This document shows positions 10,001-19,294 of a stretch of DNA of 64,000 nt, one piece after another. The notes below the pieces were generated by a model, which did no database searches, had not been told where the DNA came from, and was given only the letters and a program-made list of their open reading frames with translations. The DNA lies in the IMG/VR virus record IMGVR_UViG_3300044991_001466; one strand, written 5' to 3'. How positions within the stretch are numbered: position 1 is the first letter of the stretch; every line of letters begins with the position of its first letter. Both the position numbers and the translations under genes were made by a program. The stretch is from a virus (Duplodnaviria > Caudoviricetes).

Positions 10001-10881
10001 ATGAAACAGATATTGTTAAAGTAAATGGACTTTATACATTTACAGCACCGGCATCATCAAACGTAGTTTCGGCTTCGGGTTCGACAACACCAACAACATT
10101 TACATTAACAGTTAACGGTTTAAATAAAGCTGGTACAACAAGTACAAATACGTCAACAGTATCATATCATACTGCGGGAAATTTTAGTCAACTAAGTGCG
10201 AGTGGTAGTTTGGCCTATTATGGTAGAGTACAAGGAACAGATTCAGGAACAAACTCGGGAGCGTCAAACTTAGAACCATTTACTGGTGAAAGTAATAGAA
10301 TACAATTAAGTGATAATATATTATCATTCACAGGAACAGCTTGGGATACGGCATTTGGTTTATATAATTTAGGCGAAAAAGATTTACAAGTTAAACCTGG
10401 TTTCTTAGTTAAACCTGGCGGAGCTTACAAGTATTGGTTAGAAAATCCAAGTGATACAAGTGATTACAAATATTATGTTAGAAAAGTTACAACCAACGCA
10501 GGTGTAAAGGGAACAATGACTTTAAACATGGGATCTACCCTTGTGAATTGGAATTCAACAACAAGTAATTCTGTTTCATGTTTAATTTTATTTGAATCAA
10601 CAAAGAGTGGTTTATATACACCACCAAGATTTTTTGACCCATCAAACGCTTTAACAAACTTAGGTACGATTACTGCAAATACTGACGGAACAAATCCATT
10701 TGGTTCAAGTATATATGTAAATCGTTGTAACACAAGTAGTGTTTCGTCAACAACATATACAATTCCATTAATTAGTGGTGACGGTATGATACTAAATGCA
10801 ACATATACGAATATTTATGTAATTGTAAGATACAAAGGAGACCCAACACCAATAACTTCCATAACAACAACTTTTAGTTAA
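7009..10881 (+). CDS. Large virion structural/fibre protein with Gly-X-Y (GTS/GSS) blocks
   Basis: 1290 aa; repeat blocks about 7165-7641 and 8182-8409; GSTKFGDTSDDTHTFTGSVNI module shared with the next genes; Ser/Thr-rich C-terminal half. Confidence 0.8.
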   Translation: MALQRINWTQIDSENVPSGSIIDLGSSSNPLHAVYAENLYISGVSVSSLITYGTSGTGGSGSNGTSGSSGSSGVGSSGTAGSSGTSGQAGTSGTSGTSGEAGTSGSSGSSGVGSSGSSGTSGEAGTSGSSGSSGVGTSGTSGSSGTSPLGFSSGTSGTSGEAGTSGSSGSSGLAGTSGSSGTSGEAGTSGSSGSSGVGTSGTSGSSGTGSSLSITQSGGSTYTAVSGITFSGATIVDQGNGSITVNIIGGGTSGTGGTGSSGTSGIDGYEGHLAIWKYSGNTNTSLDPGTGYFNLDSAAWGTSTTSITLDNFAYSPNTNFSAYLDGLTIGTILKLVKVGDASTFKLLKIDLVSPLDSGFENYTVSQLSSGGTDPNDNDQFLIIPLGIPGLTGTAGTSGSSGSSGSSGSSGSSGTAGTSGTAGTSGSDGTSGTSGSSGTAGSSGSSGSSGSTGTSGTSGSDGTSGTSGDSIFTLTGSNWYTNENVIIDGKLTVNELIVSSSITNMTVQYSSGSTKFGDTSDDTHTFTGSVNISGSIVATGTSLVSGSSQVILSGVTGFSDFSSSISTSLAGLTTTLNDSNIWQQTGSYYSANQNIQITGSAGSLMKSPDGATDEKYALAISQSIHASNINVGIPTSNDWGSNLNGSYFNNFNKNTDVSEILRFVAGLLSSSAPDAAPNTKTYSTATRNIVNTTAGSVSTTVPGSVPQSSTNTTITYLNGKGFANTGQPLFSGITINTNASYGHTFTSVSAGSTNVSSSVDAQLFGLGQLSSGTPTNFRVSGSFTFKFKDSSLKTDTATSSSNHLITQTGAGTTSGVTLAKITTANPAVIPAAYQDGKFVSVFSPTIYNGGLSGISGSGYYNITSSISISSGSATTYTTPVTSDIEVFYAPLSTIATNIPAQTPTFSGVSVNAISAVSRSLSGAPFLTSATYNISGSVTGLFNPLYYAGTGIATIGVSGTGLVATSGTNTVSTLGGTIQTSNAVYDSTGVTVRSTSTVPYETDIVKVNGLYTFTAPASSNVVSASGSTTPTTFTLTVNGLNKAGTTSTNTSTVSYHTAGNFSQLSASGSLAYYGRVQGTDSGTNSGASNLEPFTGESNRIQLSDNILSFTGTAWDTAFGLYNLGEKDLQVKPGFLVKPGGAYKYWLENPSDTSDYKYYVRKVTTNAGVKGTMTLNMGSTLVNWNSTTSNSVSCLILFESTKSGLYTPPRFFDPSNALTNLGTITANTDGTNPFGSSIYVNRCNTSSVSSTTYTIPLISGDGMILNATYTNIYVIVRYKGDPTPITSITTTFS
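7291..7580 (+). repeat. Four exact copies of a 35-nt unit
   Basis: tcgggaacttcaggtgaggcgggaacgtcaggttc at 7291, 7360, 7474 and 7546. Confidence 0.9.
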
Positions 10882-10890
10882 GAATAAGAA

Positions 10891-12309
10891 ATGTCAATAG
10901 ATAATAGTAAAAAATCCCCAAGGTTACTCCAAAGTAGAAGATATACACATGATACTTTTACTGATGCTCAAGAGGCTTTTACTTCAGTATTAGACATTAA
11001 TGCAAATGAAATTTATGTTGATCAAGATTTAATACCTGTAAGTAGTGTTCCTTTTGGAACAAGTGGAGATAATTTATCAATTTATAGTTCTGGTGGTCAA
11101 GATGTAATGAAATATTACTATCGTTACAAGATGACTAAATCCAGTACGAATACTGAGGTTTGGTTTTTTACAACAGGAACGACAGCGGGAATTGATGCTC
11201 AGTTAATTGATTCTAACCAACAAAAAAACTTCATATCACCAAAATATTCAATCCCCTCACTATCTACTGCAAACGCGGAAGACAGTCCAGCGGGTTATGG
11301 TGTTAAAGTTTTTGTTTCAACGAACTCATCTTCACCATCTGCGGGTGATCAAATATCATCAACAAAATTTGTTTTTGATTATAAGACAGGAGTTTTACAA
11401 TTTGTTTTAACTGCAGATAAACCAACGGATAGTCAATATGTTTATATATCTGCATATCAATATGTCGGTAGAACATTAAAAGATTCATTAAACAATTTAG
11501 GTAGTGCGGGAATATTCCAACAAACAGGTTCATATTATTCAACTATTAATGATATCAAAATCACAGGGTCACTTGTTACTACAGGTGATTTAACTGTTGA
11601 AGGTACATTAACTGCGAAGACGTTAATTATTTCGTCTTCAGTAACAAACATGGTTGTTCAATACGCTAGTGGATCAACAGCGTTTGGTGACACCGTAAAT
11701 GACAATCATAATTTCACAGGTTCGGTTAATATCACTGGTTCATTAACAATTAATGGACAATCATTTAGTGCTGCAACATCAGGCACAAGTGGTTCATCAG
11801 GAACGGCAGGTTCATCAGGAACAGCAGGTTCATCGGGTACTAGTGGTTCTGATGGTTCATCAGGTTCTAGTGGAAGTTCAGGTAGTAACGGTTCATCGGG
11901 TTCTAGCGGTACTGCGGGTACATCTGGTTCAAGCGGTATTAGTGGGGTTAACGGAACAGATGGTTCTTCAGGTTCATCAGGAGATTCAATATTTGCACAA
12001 ACGGGTTCTGCCCCTTATGATTTTTGGGCAACATCTAAAAATGTACAAATCACCGGTTCATTAATCACCTCAGGTTCTGTTATTATAAGGGGTGATTTAA
12101 CGGTTGAAGGTACCACAACATTAAATCAAAAAAATGATTTAAATAGAGAATCTTTAATAGTATCAGGAGCGTTAAATATTGTTGAGAGAAGAGTTAATAC
12201 AACGTTAACATCGGCCTCATTATACTTTAATAATGAACTATCAATCATTAATAACACAATATCAAATCTAACATTCTCTGGAACATTTATTGACTCAGGA
12301 GAATTTTAA
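10891..12309 (+). CDS. Virion structural/fibre protein with a Gly-X-Y block
   Basis: 472 aa; repeat block 11782-11982; GSTAFGDTVNDNHNFTGSVNI module; ends FIDSGEF. Confidence 0.8.
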   Translation: MSIDNSKKSPRLLQSRRYTHDTFTDAQEAFTSVLDINANEIYVDQDLIPVSSVPFGTSGDNLSIYSSGGQDVMKYYYRYKMTKSSTNTEVWFFTTGTTAGIDAQLIDSNQQKNFISPKYSIPSLSTANAEDSPAGYGVKVFVSTNSSSPSAGDQISSTKFVFDYKTGVLQFVLTADKPTDSQYVYISAYQYVGRTLKDSLNNLGSAGIFQQTGSYYSTINDIKITGSLVTTGDLTVEGTLTAKTLIISSSVTNMVVQYASGSTAFGDTVNDNHNFTGSVNITGSLTINGQSFSAATSGTSGSSGTAGSSGTAGSSGTSGSDGSSGSSGSSGSNGSSGSSGTAGTSGSSGISGVNGTDGSSGSSGDSIFAQTGSAPYDFWATSKNVQITGSLITSGSVIIRGDLTVEGTTTLNQKNDLNRESLIVSGALNIVERRVNTTLTSASLYFNNELSIINNTISNLTFSGTFIDSGEF

Positions 12310-12388
12310 AAAAATAAACAGAAATAATTCTACAAAAGAATAGAAAACAATAAAAATGAACTATTTATCAATTAAACAAATCAAATAG

Positions 12389-15300
12389 ATGGCACAAATT
12401 ATTAAACACAGGAGGGGTCAGTTATCCGGAATAAAAGCTTTAACCGCAAACAATGGTGAAATTATTGTTGCGTCGGGTTCAATTTCAGATTTACAAGGAC
12501 CATTTATTTTCATCGGTTCACCCGTATTACTGGATAATGGAACCGCTGGAGCCTTTAGTCCGGCCTCTAAAATATATACAGGAGCAGCTGCACCAACAAT
12601 ATTAAATGCGAGTTATGGTACTGCTTTAGATGGTACACCATTTTATGCTAGTGGTGACAAATCGTACTATATTTTAAATAATAGTGGTGCTGGTGGAAAT
12701 ACTAAATTAGATTTAACAGGTAACATTGAAGGTAACACCATTAGTGGAGTTACTATTACCACATTAACAAGTACTAAGGGTACATTCAGTAGTCAAGTAA
12801 ATGTTAGTGGGTCAATTAATGTTACAGGAAGTTTATTTATAAACGGTTCTGAATATACATCAAACTCTTCAGGTACTTCAGGTTCTTCAGGGTCTAGTGG
12901 CTCATCAGGAACTGCTGGTACATCAGGTTCTTCAGGTTCTAGTGGTTCATCAGGAACATCAGGTTCTTCAGGGTCAGACGGTTCTTCAGGAACTTCAGGT
13001 TCTAGTGGTTCAGCTGGTACTTCAGGTTCTAGTGGTTCTTCAGGAACGTCAGGTTCTAGTGGTTCTTCAGGAACTGCAGGAACATCAGGTTCTTCAGGGT
13101 CAGATGGTTCATCAGGTTCTTCAGGAACGTCAGGTTCTAGTGGTTCTTCAGGAACTGCAGGAACATCAGGTTCTTCAGGGTCAGATGGTTCATCAGGTTC
13201 ATCAGGAACAAGTGGATCATCAGGAACATCGGGTTCTAGTGGTTCTTCAGGAACGGCTGGTACTTCAGGAACATCAGGTTCTTCAGGTTCAGATGGTTCA
13301 TCAGGATCTTCAGGTTCATCAGGAACCGCTGGTACTTCAGGAACATCAGGTTCATCAGGTTCTTCAGGGTCAGATGGTTCATCAGGTTCTAGTGGTTCTG
13401 CGGGTACGTCAGGTTCATCAGGGTCATCAGGAACTTCAGGTTCATCAGGTTCATCAGGGTCAGACGGTTCTTCAGGAACATCGGGATCATCAGGTTCATC
13501 AGGAACTTCAGGTTCAAGTGGTTCATCAGGAACTTCAGGTTCATCGGGTTCTTCAGGTTCTAATGGTACAGATGGTACTTCAGGAGATAGTTTATTCGCA
13601 TTAACTGGTTCAATATGGTCTACCCAAAATCCAGTAAGAATAGTAGGAGCTTTAACCGCTTCAATGGTATCATCTTCATTCATAGGCGATGGTGCGGGTT
13701 TATATAATATTCCAGCAAGTGGTGTTACAGGTTTAGAATTAAATAAAATTGTAAACGGTGCGGTAAGTGCTTCAGTTTTATCTGACGGAACATTCAGAGT
13801 AAACGGTGATACATTTATTAATGGTACCATCACGGCAAGACAATTAAATATTGATTATGTAACTTCATCAATTTTATACACATCAGGTTCAACTAAGTTT
13901 GGTGATACATTTGATGATTTACATGAATTTACAGGAAGTGTAAACATAACAGGTTCTTTATTCTTAAATGGTGTAACAGTTGGAACGGGTAAACTAAATA
14001 CAACTGATTTTAACTCATATACATCTTCAGTAAATTCACAATTTGCAGGAACATCATCATTTGCGATTTCTTCATCATATGCTGTTTACGCGGAGAATGC
14101 AGTTATTGTTTCAGGTCAAACTAAAACATTAACAGTAACTACTCCATCAACAACATGGTCATTTACACACAATTTGGGTTATAAATTCCCAGCGATTAAT
14201 GTTTTTGATGGTAATGATAATGTAATAGTTCCTTCAGGAATTAAAGTAAAAAATAGTAATCTATTAGAGGTATATTTTAATAGTGTTGAAACGGGTACTG
14301 TAATTGCCACTATCGGTGGTAATGGTTCTTCTGGAACTTCAGGTTCAGGTGGTTCTTCTGGAACTTCAGGTTCTAGTGGTTCATCAGGAACATCAGGTTC
14401 TTCAGGGTCAGACGGTTCATCAGGAACTTCAGGTTCTAGTGGTTCTTCAGGAACTTCAGGTTCTAGCGGTTCTTCAGGAACATCAGGTTCCTCAGGTTCA
14501 TCAGGAACTTCAGGTTCTAGTGGTTCATCAGGTTCTAATGGTACAGATGGTTCTTCAGGTTCTAGTGGTTCTTCAGGAACGGCTGGTACATCAGGAACTT
14601 CAGGTTCATCAGGTTCAGATGGTACTTCAGGAACATCAGGTTCTTCAGGAACTTCAGGTTCTAGTGGTTCATCAGGAACATCAGGTTCAAGTGGTACTGC
14701 GGGTACTTCAGGTTCTTCAGGGTCAGATGGTTCTAGCGGTTCTTCAGGAACAAGTGGTTCATCAGGTTCTTCAGGAACAAGTGGTTCATCAGGTTCTTCA
14801 GGAACTTCAGGCTCAAGTGGTTCTTCAGGAACTTCAGGTTCAGATGGTACTTCAGGAACATCAGGTACTTCAGGTTCGTCAGGTTCTTCAGGAACTGCGG
14901 GAACTTCAGGTTCTAGTGGTTCATCAGGAACTGCAGGTACATCAGGTTCTTCGGGTTCAGATGGTTCTTCAGGTACTTCAGGTTCTAGTGGTTCATCAGG
15001 AACATCAGGTTCATCAGGAACAGCGGGTACTTCAGGTTCTTCAGGTTCTTCAGGAACGAGTGGTTCTTCAGGTTCTTCAGGGTCTAGCGGTTCATCAGGT
15101 TCTTCAGGAGATAGTATATTCGCTTTAACAGGTTCAGTTTGGGAGACTAATTTAAATGTTAAGTTCAACCAATCAGTAACCTCATCTATATTCACAGGTT
15201 CATTTAAAGGTGATGGTGCAGGACTTTATAACATACCAGCAAGTGGTGTTACAGGATTACAATTAGACAAAATTGCAAGTGGAGCGGTAACAGCTTCAGT

Positions 15301-15997
15301 AACAGCGGCAGGTTTACAAGTAAATGCTAACACATCTATCACAGGTTCTTTAAGTGTAAGTCAAGATGTTAGTTTCTTATCTAATTTGTTTGTATCAGGT
15401 AACCTACAAGTTTTGGGTTCATCAACAAATGTTAATATTGAATCACATACAGTTGAAATCGGTGATAATATCATCCAAGTAAACGCTTACTCACCATTTA
15501 ACAGATATGCGGGTTTATCAGCATACGATTCAGGTTCAGTAGGTGGTTCAGGTTCATTGTTATGGGATTCAACAAATGATTATTGGATACAAGTTGGTTC
15601 TAACGGACAATCAAGTAAAATGGTTGGAGTTACAGGAGGAGCATATGGTAGTGAAGCAAGTTTAACAACAAACGCAATACCAAAAGCAACTACAGGAAAC
15701 ACAATCGGTGATAGTTTGTTAACTGATAATGGTACAACATTAGCATACAACACTAACAAGTTTACCGTAGCATCTTCTGACGGAGCAACGTTAATCGCGG
15801 GTAATGTTACTGTAAGTGCAGCGGGTGGTAGTGACTCTAATAGTAAAACATCAGCAGTTACATTTAGAAACTCATCAAATGTTTTAGGTTATGTATCAAC
15901 AACAGTTGGTAGTGACGTAACGGATGGTTTCTTAGGATATAAAACATCAAATGGTGGTTTAGTATTCTCGAATGTAATTGACGGAGGAACATTCTAA
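12389..15997 (+). CDS. Tail fibre-like protein with two very long Gly-X-Y blocks
   Basis: 1202 aa; MAQIIKHRRG fibre-type start; blocks 12872-13585 and 14324-15109; HNLG beta module; ends IDGGTF. Confidence 0.85.
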   Translation: MAQIIKHRRGQLSGIKALTANNGEIIVASGSISDLQGPFIFIGSPVLLDNGTAGAFSPASKIYTGAAAPTILNASYGTALDGTPFYASGDKSYYILNNSGAGGNTKLDLTGNIEGNTISGVTITTLTSTKGTFSSQVNVSGSINVTGSLFINGSEYTSNSSGTSGSSGSSGSSGTAGTSGSSGSSGSSGTSGSSGSDGSSGTSGSSGSAGTSGSSGSSGTSGSSGSSGTAGTSGSSGSDGSSGSSGTSGSSGSSGTAGTSGSSGSDGSSGSSGTSGSSGTSGSSGSSGTAGTSGTSGSSGSDGSSGSSGSSGTAGTSGTSGSSGSSGSDGSSGSSGSAGTSGSSGSSGTSGSSGSSGSDGSSGTSGSSGSSGTSGSSGSSGTSGSSGSSGSNGTDGTSGDSLFALTGSIWSTQNPVRIVGALTASMVSSSFIGDGAGLYNIPASGVTGLELNKIVNGAVSASVLSDGTFRVNGDTFINGTITARQLNIDYVTSSILYTSGSTKFGDTFDDLHEFTGSVNITGSLFLNGVTVGTGKLNTTDFNSYTSSVNSQFAGTSSFAISSSYAVYAENAVIVSGQTKTLTVTTPSTTWSFTHNLGYKFPAINVFDGNDNVIVPSGIKVKNSNLLEVYFNSVETGTVIATIGGNGSSGTSGSGGSSGTSGSSGSSGTSGSSGSDGSSGTSGSSGSSGTSGSSGSSGTSGSSGSSGTSGSSGSSGSNGTDGSSGSSGSSGTAGTSGTSGSSGSDGTSGTSGSSGTSGSSGSSGTSGSSGTAGTSGSSGSDGSSGSSGTSGSSGSSGTSGSSGSSGTSGSSGSSGTSGSDGTSGTSGTSGSSGSSGTAGTSGSSGSSGTAGTSGSSGSDGSSGTSGSSGSSGTSGSSGTAGTSGSSGSSGTSGSSGSSGSSGSSGSSGDSIFALTGSVWETNLNVKFNQSVTSSIFTGSFKGDGAGLYNIPASGVTGLQLDKIASGAVTASVTAAGLQVNANTSITGSLSVSQDVSFLSNLFVSGNLQVLGSSTNVNIESHTVEIGDNIIQVNAYSPFNRYAGLSAYDSGSVGGSGSLLWDSTNDYWIQVGSNGQSSKMVGVTGGAYGSEASLTTNAIPKATTGNTIGDSLLTDNGTTLAYNTNKFTVASSDGATLIAGNVTVSAAGGSDSNSKTSAVTFRNSSNVLGYVSTTVGSDVTDGFLGYKTSNGGLVFSNVIDGGTF
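12872..13585 (+). repeat. Coding 9-nt-period repeat (Gly-X-Y, 238 codons)
   Basis: Triplets GTS/GSS/GSD/GTA; contains an exact 81-nt-period tandem duplication at 13034-13200. Confidence 0.95.
14324..15109 (+). repeat. Coding 9-nt-period repeat (Gly-X-Y, 262 codons)
   Basis: Triplets GTS/GSS/GSD/GTA ending in GDSIFALTGSVW. Confidence 0.95.
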
Positions 15998-16017
15998 TAG
16001 TAAGTTTAAATAAAATT

Positions 16018-16048
16018 AAAAGGAGACCCTAAAAAGTCTCCTTTTTTT
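16018..16048 (+). terminator. Intrinsic terminator
   Basis: AAAAGGAGAC-cctaaaaa-GTCTCCTTTT followed by Ts. Confidence 0.85.
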
Positions 16049-16147
16049 ATTTATACAATACCAACTTTTGTTGTATTTATGTATAATACCTACATAGGTA
16101 ATTAACCGTGATATATATCACAAAGATTTTTAAGGAAACCCATACAT

Positions 16148-19100
16148 ATGGCACAAATAGTAAAACTACGCAGAAGTTCTGTAGCTGGCAATAAACCAGT
16201 TAATGAAACATTACAATTAGGGGAATTAGCATTAAATACAACCGACGGTAAAATTTATTTAGCCGTATCTGGTTCAGATGGTCCTACAATTGAAGAGGTA
16301 ATTACTACAAATGCATATAATACAGGTTCAGTAAATCTTAGTGGTAGTCTAAAAGTTGTCGGTACAGAATATGTAACCGGCTCAGTTATAATAACGGGTT
16401 CTTTATTCGTTAACGGAAATTCATCATTCACATCATTAGTTGTTTCAGGTTCTGACCCTGTTGGTAATGTACAAGCTTACGTTCCACCAAGTTCAGTTTA
16501 TGATCCTGCGTCATTTAACACACCTGAAAGGGTTGCTAGTGGTATTCGTTTTAATTGGAATAATGAAAACTGGACTATTGGTGCAGCAAGAGGTGCAACA
16601 ACCGATATTGATGGTTTAATTTTTAGTAGAAACGGAGTTAAAAAATACATGTTGGACGAAGATGGTAATGCATCTTTATCAGGTTCAATGTATATAAGCG
16701 GTTCATTATTTGTTAATGGTGCTGAAGTTGGAACAGGTAAATTAAACGAAACAACATTTAATTCATATACAAGTTCAAATGTTTCACAATTTGCGGGAAC
16801 ATCATCATTTGCATTAACCGCATCATATGTTGCAAATCCAACATTAGTATCAGGGTCAACAAAAAAATCAACAGTATCGGTAGGAGCAACAACATGGTCA
16901 TTCAATCACCAATTAGGTGAAAGATATCCATCAATTAATGTATTCGATTCAAATGGTTTTGTTGTTATCCCTAAAGATATTGAAACAATAGATGCAAATA
17001 ACTTAAATGTATATTTTTCATCAAATCAGACAGGTACAGTAATTGCAACAATAGGCGGAGGAGGTTCGTCAGGAACGAGTGGTAATGGTACTTCAGGAAC
17101 AAGTGGTTCATCGGGTTCTAGTGGAACAAGTGGTTCATCAGGAACTAGTGGTGTTAACGGTTCTTCAGGTACAAGTGGTGGTTCAGGTTCTTCAGGGTCT
17201 AATGGTACATCAGGTTCATCAGGAACGAGTGGTAGAGATGGTATTGGTGGTACAACACAAACATTTGCAGCATCTACAACATGGTCAGTAGCACATAATT
17301 TAGGTACTAATTTTCCGGCAGTAACTGTTTGGGACGATAATAAAAATGTGGTTATCCCAAGTCAAATAAAATCAATCGATACTAACAATATTGATGTTTA
17401 TTTTGGTAGTCCAATTTCAGGTAGTGTAAATGTAATATTTGGTGGACATGTTGTTAGTGGTGCTATTGACACATCGGCGGTTGGACACATTGTACCTTCA
17501 GTTAATAACACATATGATTTAGGTTCGGCATCAAAACAATTTAGACACTTATATTTGTCATCAGGTTCATTATATATTGACGGACAAAAAGTTTTGGGTA
17601 GTTCAAACCAAGAGTTACAAATTACAACGGATAATGGTCAATCATTAAAAATATTAGAACAAGGTACCGATACTATCACATTACAAAGTGCTGACGGAGA
17701 CATTCAATTAAAAACATCTGCGGGTGGTAATGTATTGTTAGACCCAACAACAGGATTAATTGATTTAAGAGGAACGGTTCAAATACAAGACGGTAATAAA
17801 ATTACAAGTTCAGGAGCAACTAAAGTTGTTTTTGGAAATGATATAGAAGTTACGGGTTCGATTAGAACAAGTGGTACATTAATTGTAAATGGGGTTTCAT
17901 TCTCAGCCATGACATCAGGAACTTCAGGTTCAAGTGGTGGTTCGGGTTCATCTGGTTCAGGTGGTACTTCAGGAACATCAGGTTCTAATGGGTCTAGTGG
18001 AACATCAGGTTCATCAGGAACAAGTGGTACTTCAGGAAGTAGTGGAACGTCAGGCAGTTCAGGGTCATCGGGTACAAGTGGAACCTCAGTAACTGTTTCA
18101 GGTACTAACGATGTAATTGGTAAATTCAGTTCAGGAACATTAGTTAATTCAAATATAACCGATAATGCTTCGGTAGTTAACATTAATTCAAATACAATAA
18201 TCACAGGTTCATTGACGATTACACAAAACTTAAATGTTTTAGGTTCATCATCAATAACTTATACGACAGCTTCCCAATTAAGGGTAGATGATAATGTTAT
18301 TACGGTTAATGCCTCAAGTCCAGGTGTGAGATTTGCTGGTTTATCAGTAATTGATAGTGGTTCGTCACCTACCGTTTCGGGTTCATTCTTATTTGATTCA
18401 TTAAATAATCAATTTGTTTATGTTCACACAAATCAAGGTGTGGTAACATCTTCAGTTGTTATGGTGGGTGCACAAACTTACAATAGTTTAGGAAATGAGA
18501 TTTTACCCACACAAAATAGAATATTAAAATCTTTAGGTCAGGAACATCTTGGTGATTCTAATATTTCAGATGATGGCACAACAGTTAAAATTAGTACAAA
18601 CACAGAAATAACAGGTTCGTTAAGAGTTACAAGTTTAAATATTAACGGAACATCGTACGCCGCTGCTACAAGTGGAACGTCAGGTTCTTCAGGTAGTTCA
18701 GGTACAAGTGGTTCATCAGGAACATCAGGTTCTTCAGGTTCAAATGGTTCTTCAGGAACATCAGGTAGTTCAGGTTCTAGCGGAACATCTGGCAGTTCAG
18801 GTTCATCAGGAACATCAGGTTCTAGTGGTAGTAACGGTTCATCAGGTTCTAGTGGTACAACAACAATCACAAATGCGGTAGATAATAGAGTAATGACAAG
18901 TGTCGGTGGTGTTACGTTAAATGCGGAAGCGAATTTAACATTTGACGGATCAACATTAACAGTAACAGGAGCAGTATCAACAACCGGTAACTTAACAGTA
19001 GGTGGAACATTAACAGAAAACTCATCAGTAAGATATAAGGATAACATTGAAACTTTAAAATATGGTTTAGATAATGTTCTTAAAATGAGAGGTGTTTCAT

Positions 19101-19294
19101 ACATTAAAAAAGATACAGGTGTTAAAGAGATTGGTTTAATAGCAGAAGAGTTAAATGAAATTGCACCTGAATTGGTAAATAAAAATGAAGAAGGATTACC
19201 TGATTCCGTTTCTTACGGTAGAGTAGTTTCATATTTGATTGAAGCAATAAAAGATTTAAAGAAAGAAATTGAAGAACTTAAATCAAATAAATAA
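16148..19294 (+). CDS. Tail fibre with C-terminal intramolecular chaperone (peptidase S74)
   Basis: N-terminus KLRRS..KP...LQLGELALNTTDGKIY; Gly-X-Y blocks 17054-17251, 17918-18088, 18674-18856; from 19022 SSVRYKDNI...GLIAEEL..IAPELV...VSYGRVVSYLIEAIKDL coiled coil. Confidence 0.9.
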   Translation: MAQIVKLRRSSVAGNKPVNETLQLGELALNTTDGKIYLAVSGSDGPTIEEVITTNAYNTGSVNLSGSLKVVGTEYVTGSVIITGSLFVNGNSSFTSLVVSGSDPVGNVQAYVPPSSVYDPASFNTPERVASGIRFNWNNENWTIGAARGATTDIDGLIFSRNGVKKYMLDEDGNASLSGSMYISGSLFVNGAEVGTGKLNETTFNSYTSSNVSQFAGTSSFALTASYVANPTLVSGSTKKSTVSVGATTWSFNHQLGERYPSINVFDSNGFVVIPKDIETIDANNLNVYFSSNQTGTVIATIGGGGSSGTSGNGTSGTSGSSGSSGTSGSSGTSGVNGSSGTSGGSGSSGSNGTSGSSGTSGRDGIGGTTQTFAASTTWSVAHNLGTNFPAVTVWDDNKNVVIPSQIKSIDTNNIDVYFGSPISGSVNVIFGGHVVSGAIDTSAVGHIVPSVNNTYDLGSASKQFRHLYLSSGSLYIDGQKVLGSSNQELQITTDNGQSLKILEQGTDTITLQSADGDIQLKTSAGGNVLLDPTTGLIDLRGTVQIQDGNKITSSGATKVVFGNDIEVTGSIRTSGTLIVNGVSFSAMTSGTSGSSGGSGSSGSGGTSGTSGSNGSSGTSGSSGTSGTSGSSGTSGSSGSSGTSGTSVTVSGTNDVIGKFSSGTLVNSNITDNASVVNINSNTIITGSLTITQNLNVLGSSSITYTTASQLRVDDNVITVNASSPGVRFAGLSVIDSGSSPTVSGSFLFDSLNNQFVYVHTNQGVVTSSVVMVGAQTYNSLGNEILPTQNRILKSLGQEHLGDSNISDDGTTVKISTNTEITGSLRVTSLNINGTSYAAATSGTSGSSGSSGTSGSSGTSGSSGSNGSSGTSGSSGSSGTSGSSGSSGTSGSSGSNGSSGSSGTTTITNAVDNRVMTSVGGVTLNAEANLTFDGSTLTVTGAVSTTGNLTVGGTLTENSSVRYKDNIETLKYGLDNVLKMRGVSYIKKDTGVKEIGLIAEELNEIAPELVNKNEEGLPDSVSYGRVVSYLIEAIKDLKKEIEELKSNK

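Noticed and set aside
12793-15195. Long antisense EP/DP-rich ORFs (346 and 338 aa) and alternate-frame LQVL/HQ-rich ORFs over the repeats
   Set aside because: Shadows of the stop-free 9-nt-period repeat; they start and end with the repeat blocks. The same applies to 7163-7582, 8103-8561, 11753-12064 and 17079-19104
7165-18856. Repeats as a CRISPR array or non-coding satellite
   Set aside because: No unique spacers; period is 9 nt with synonymous third-position variation inside long ORFs
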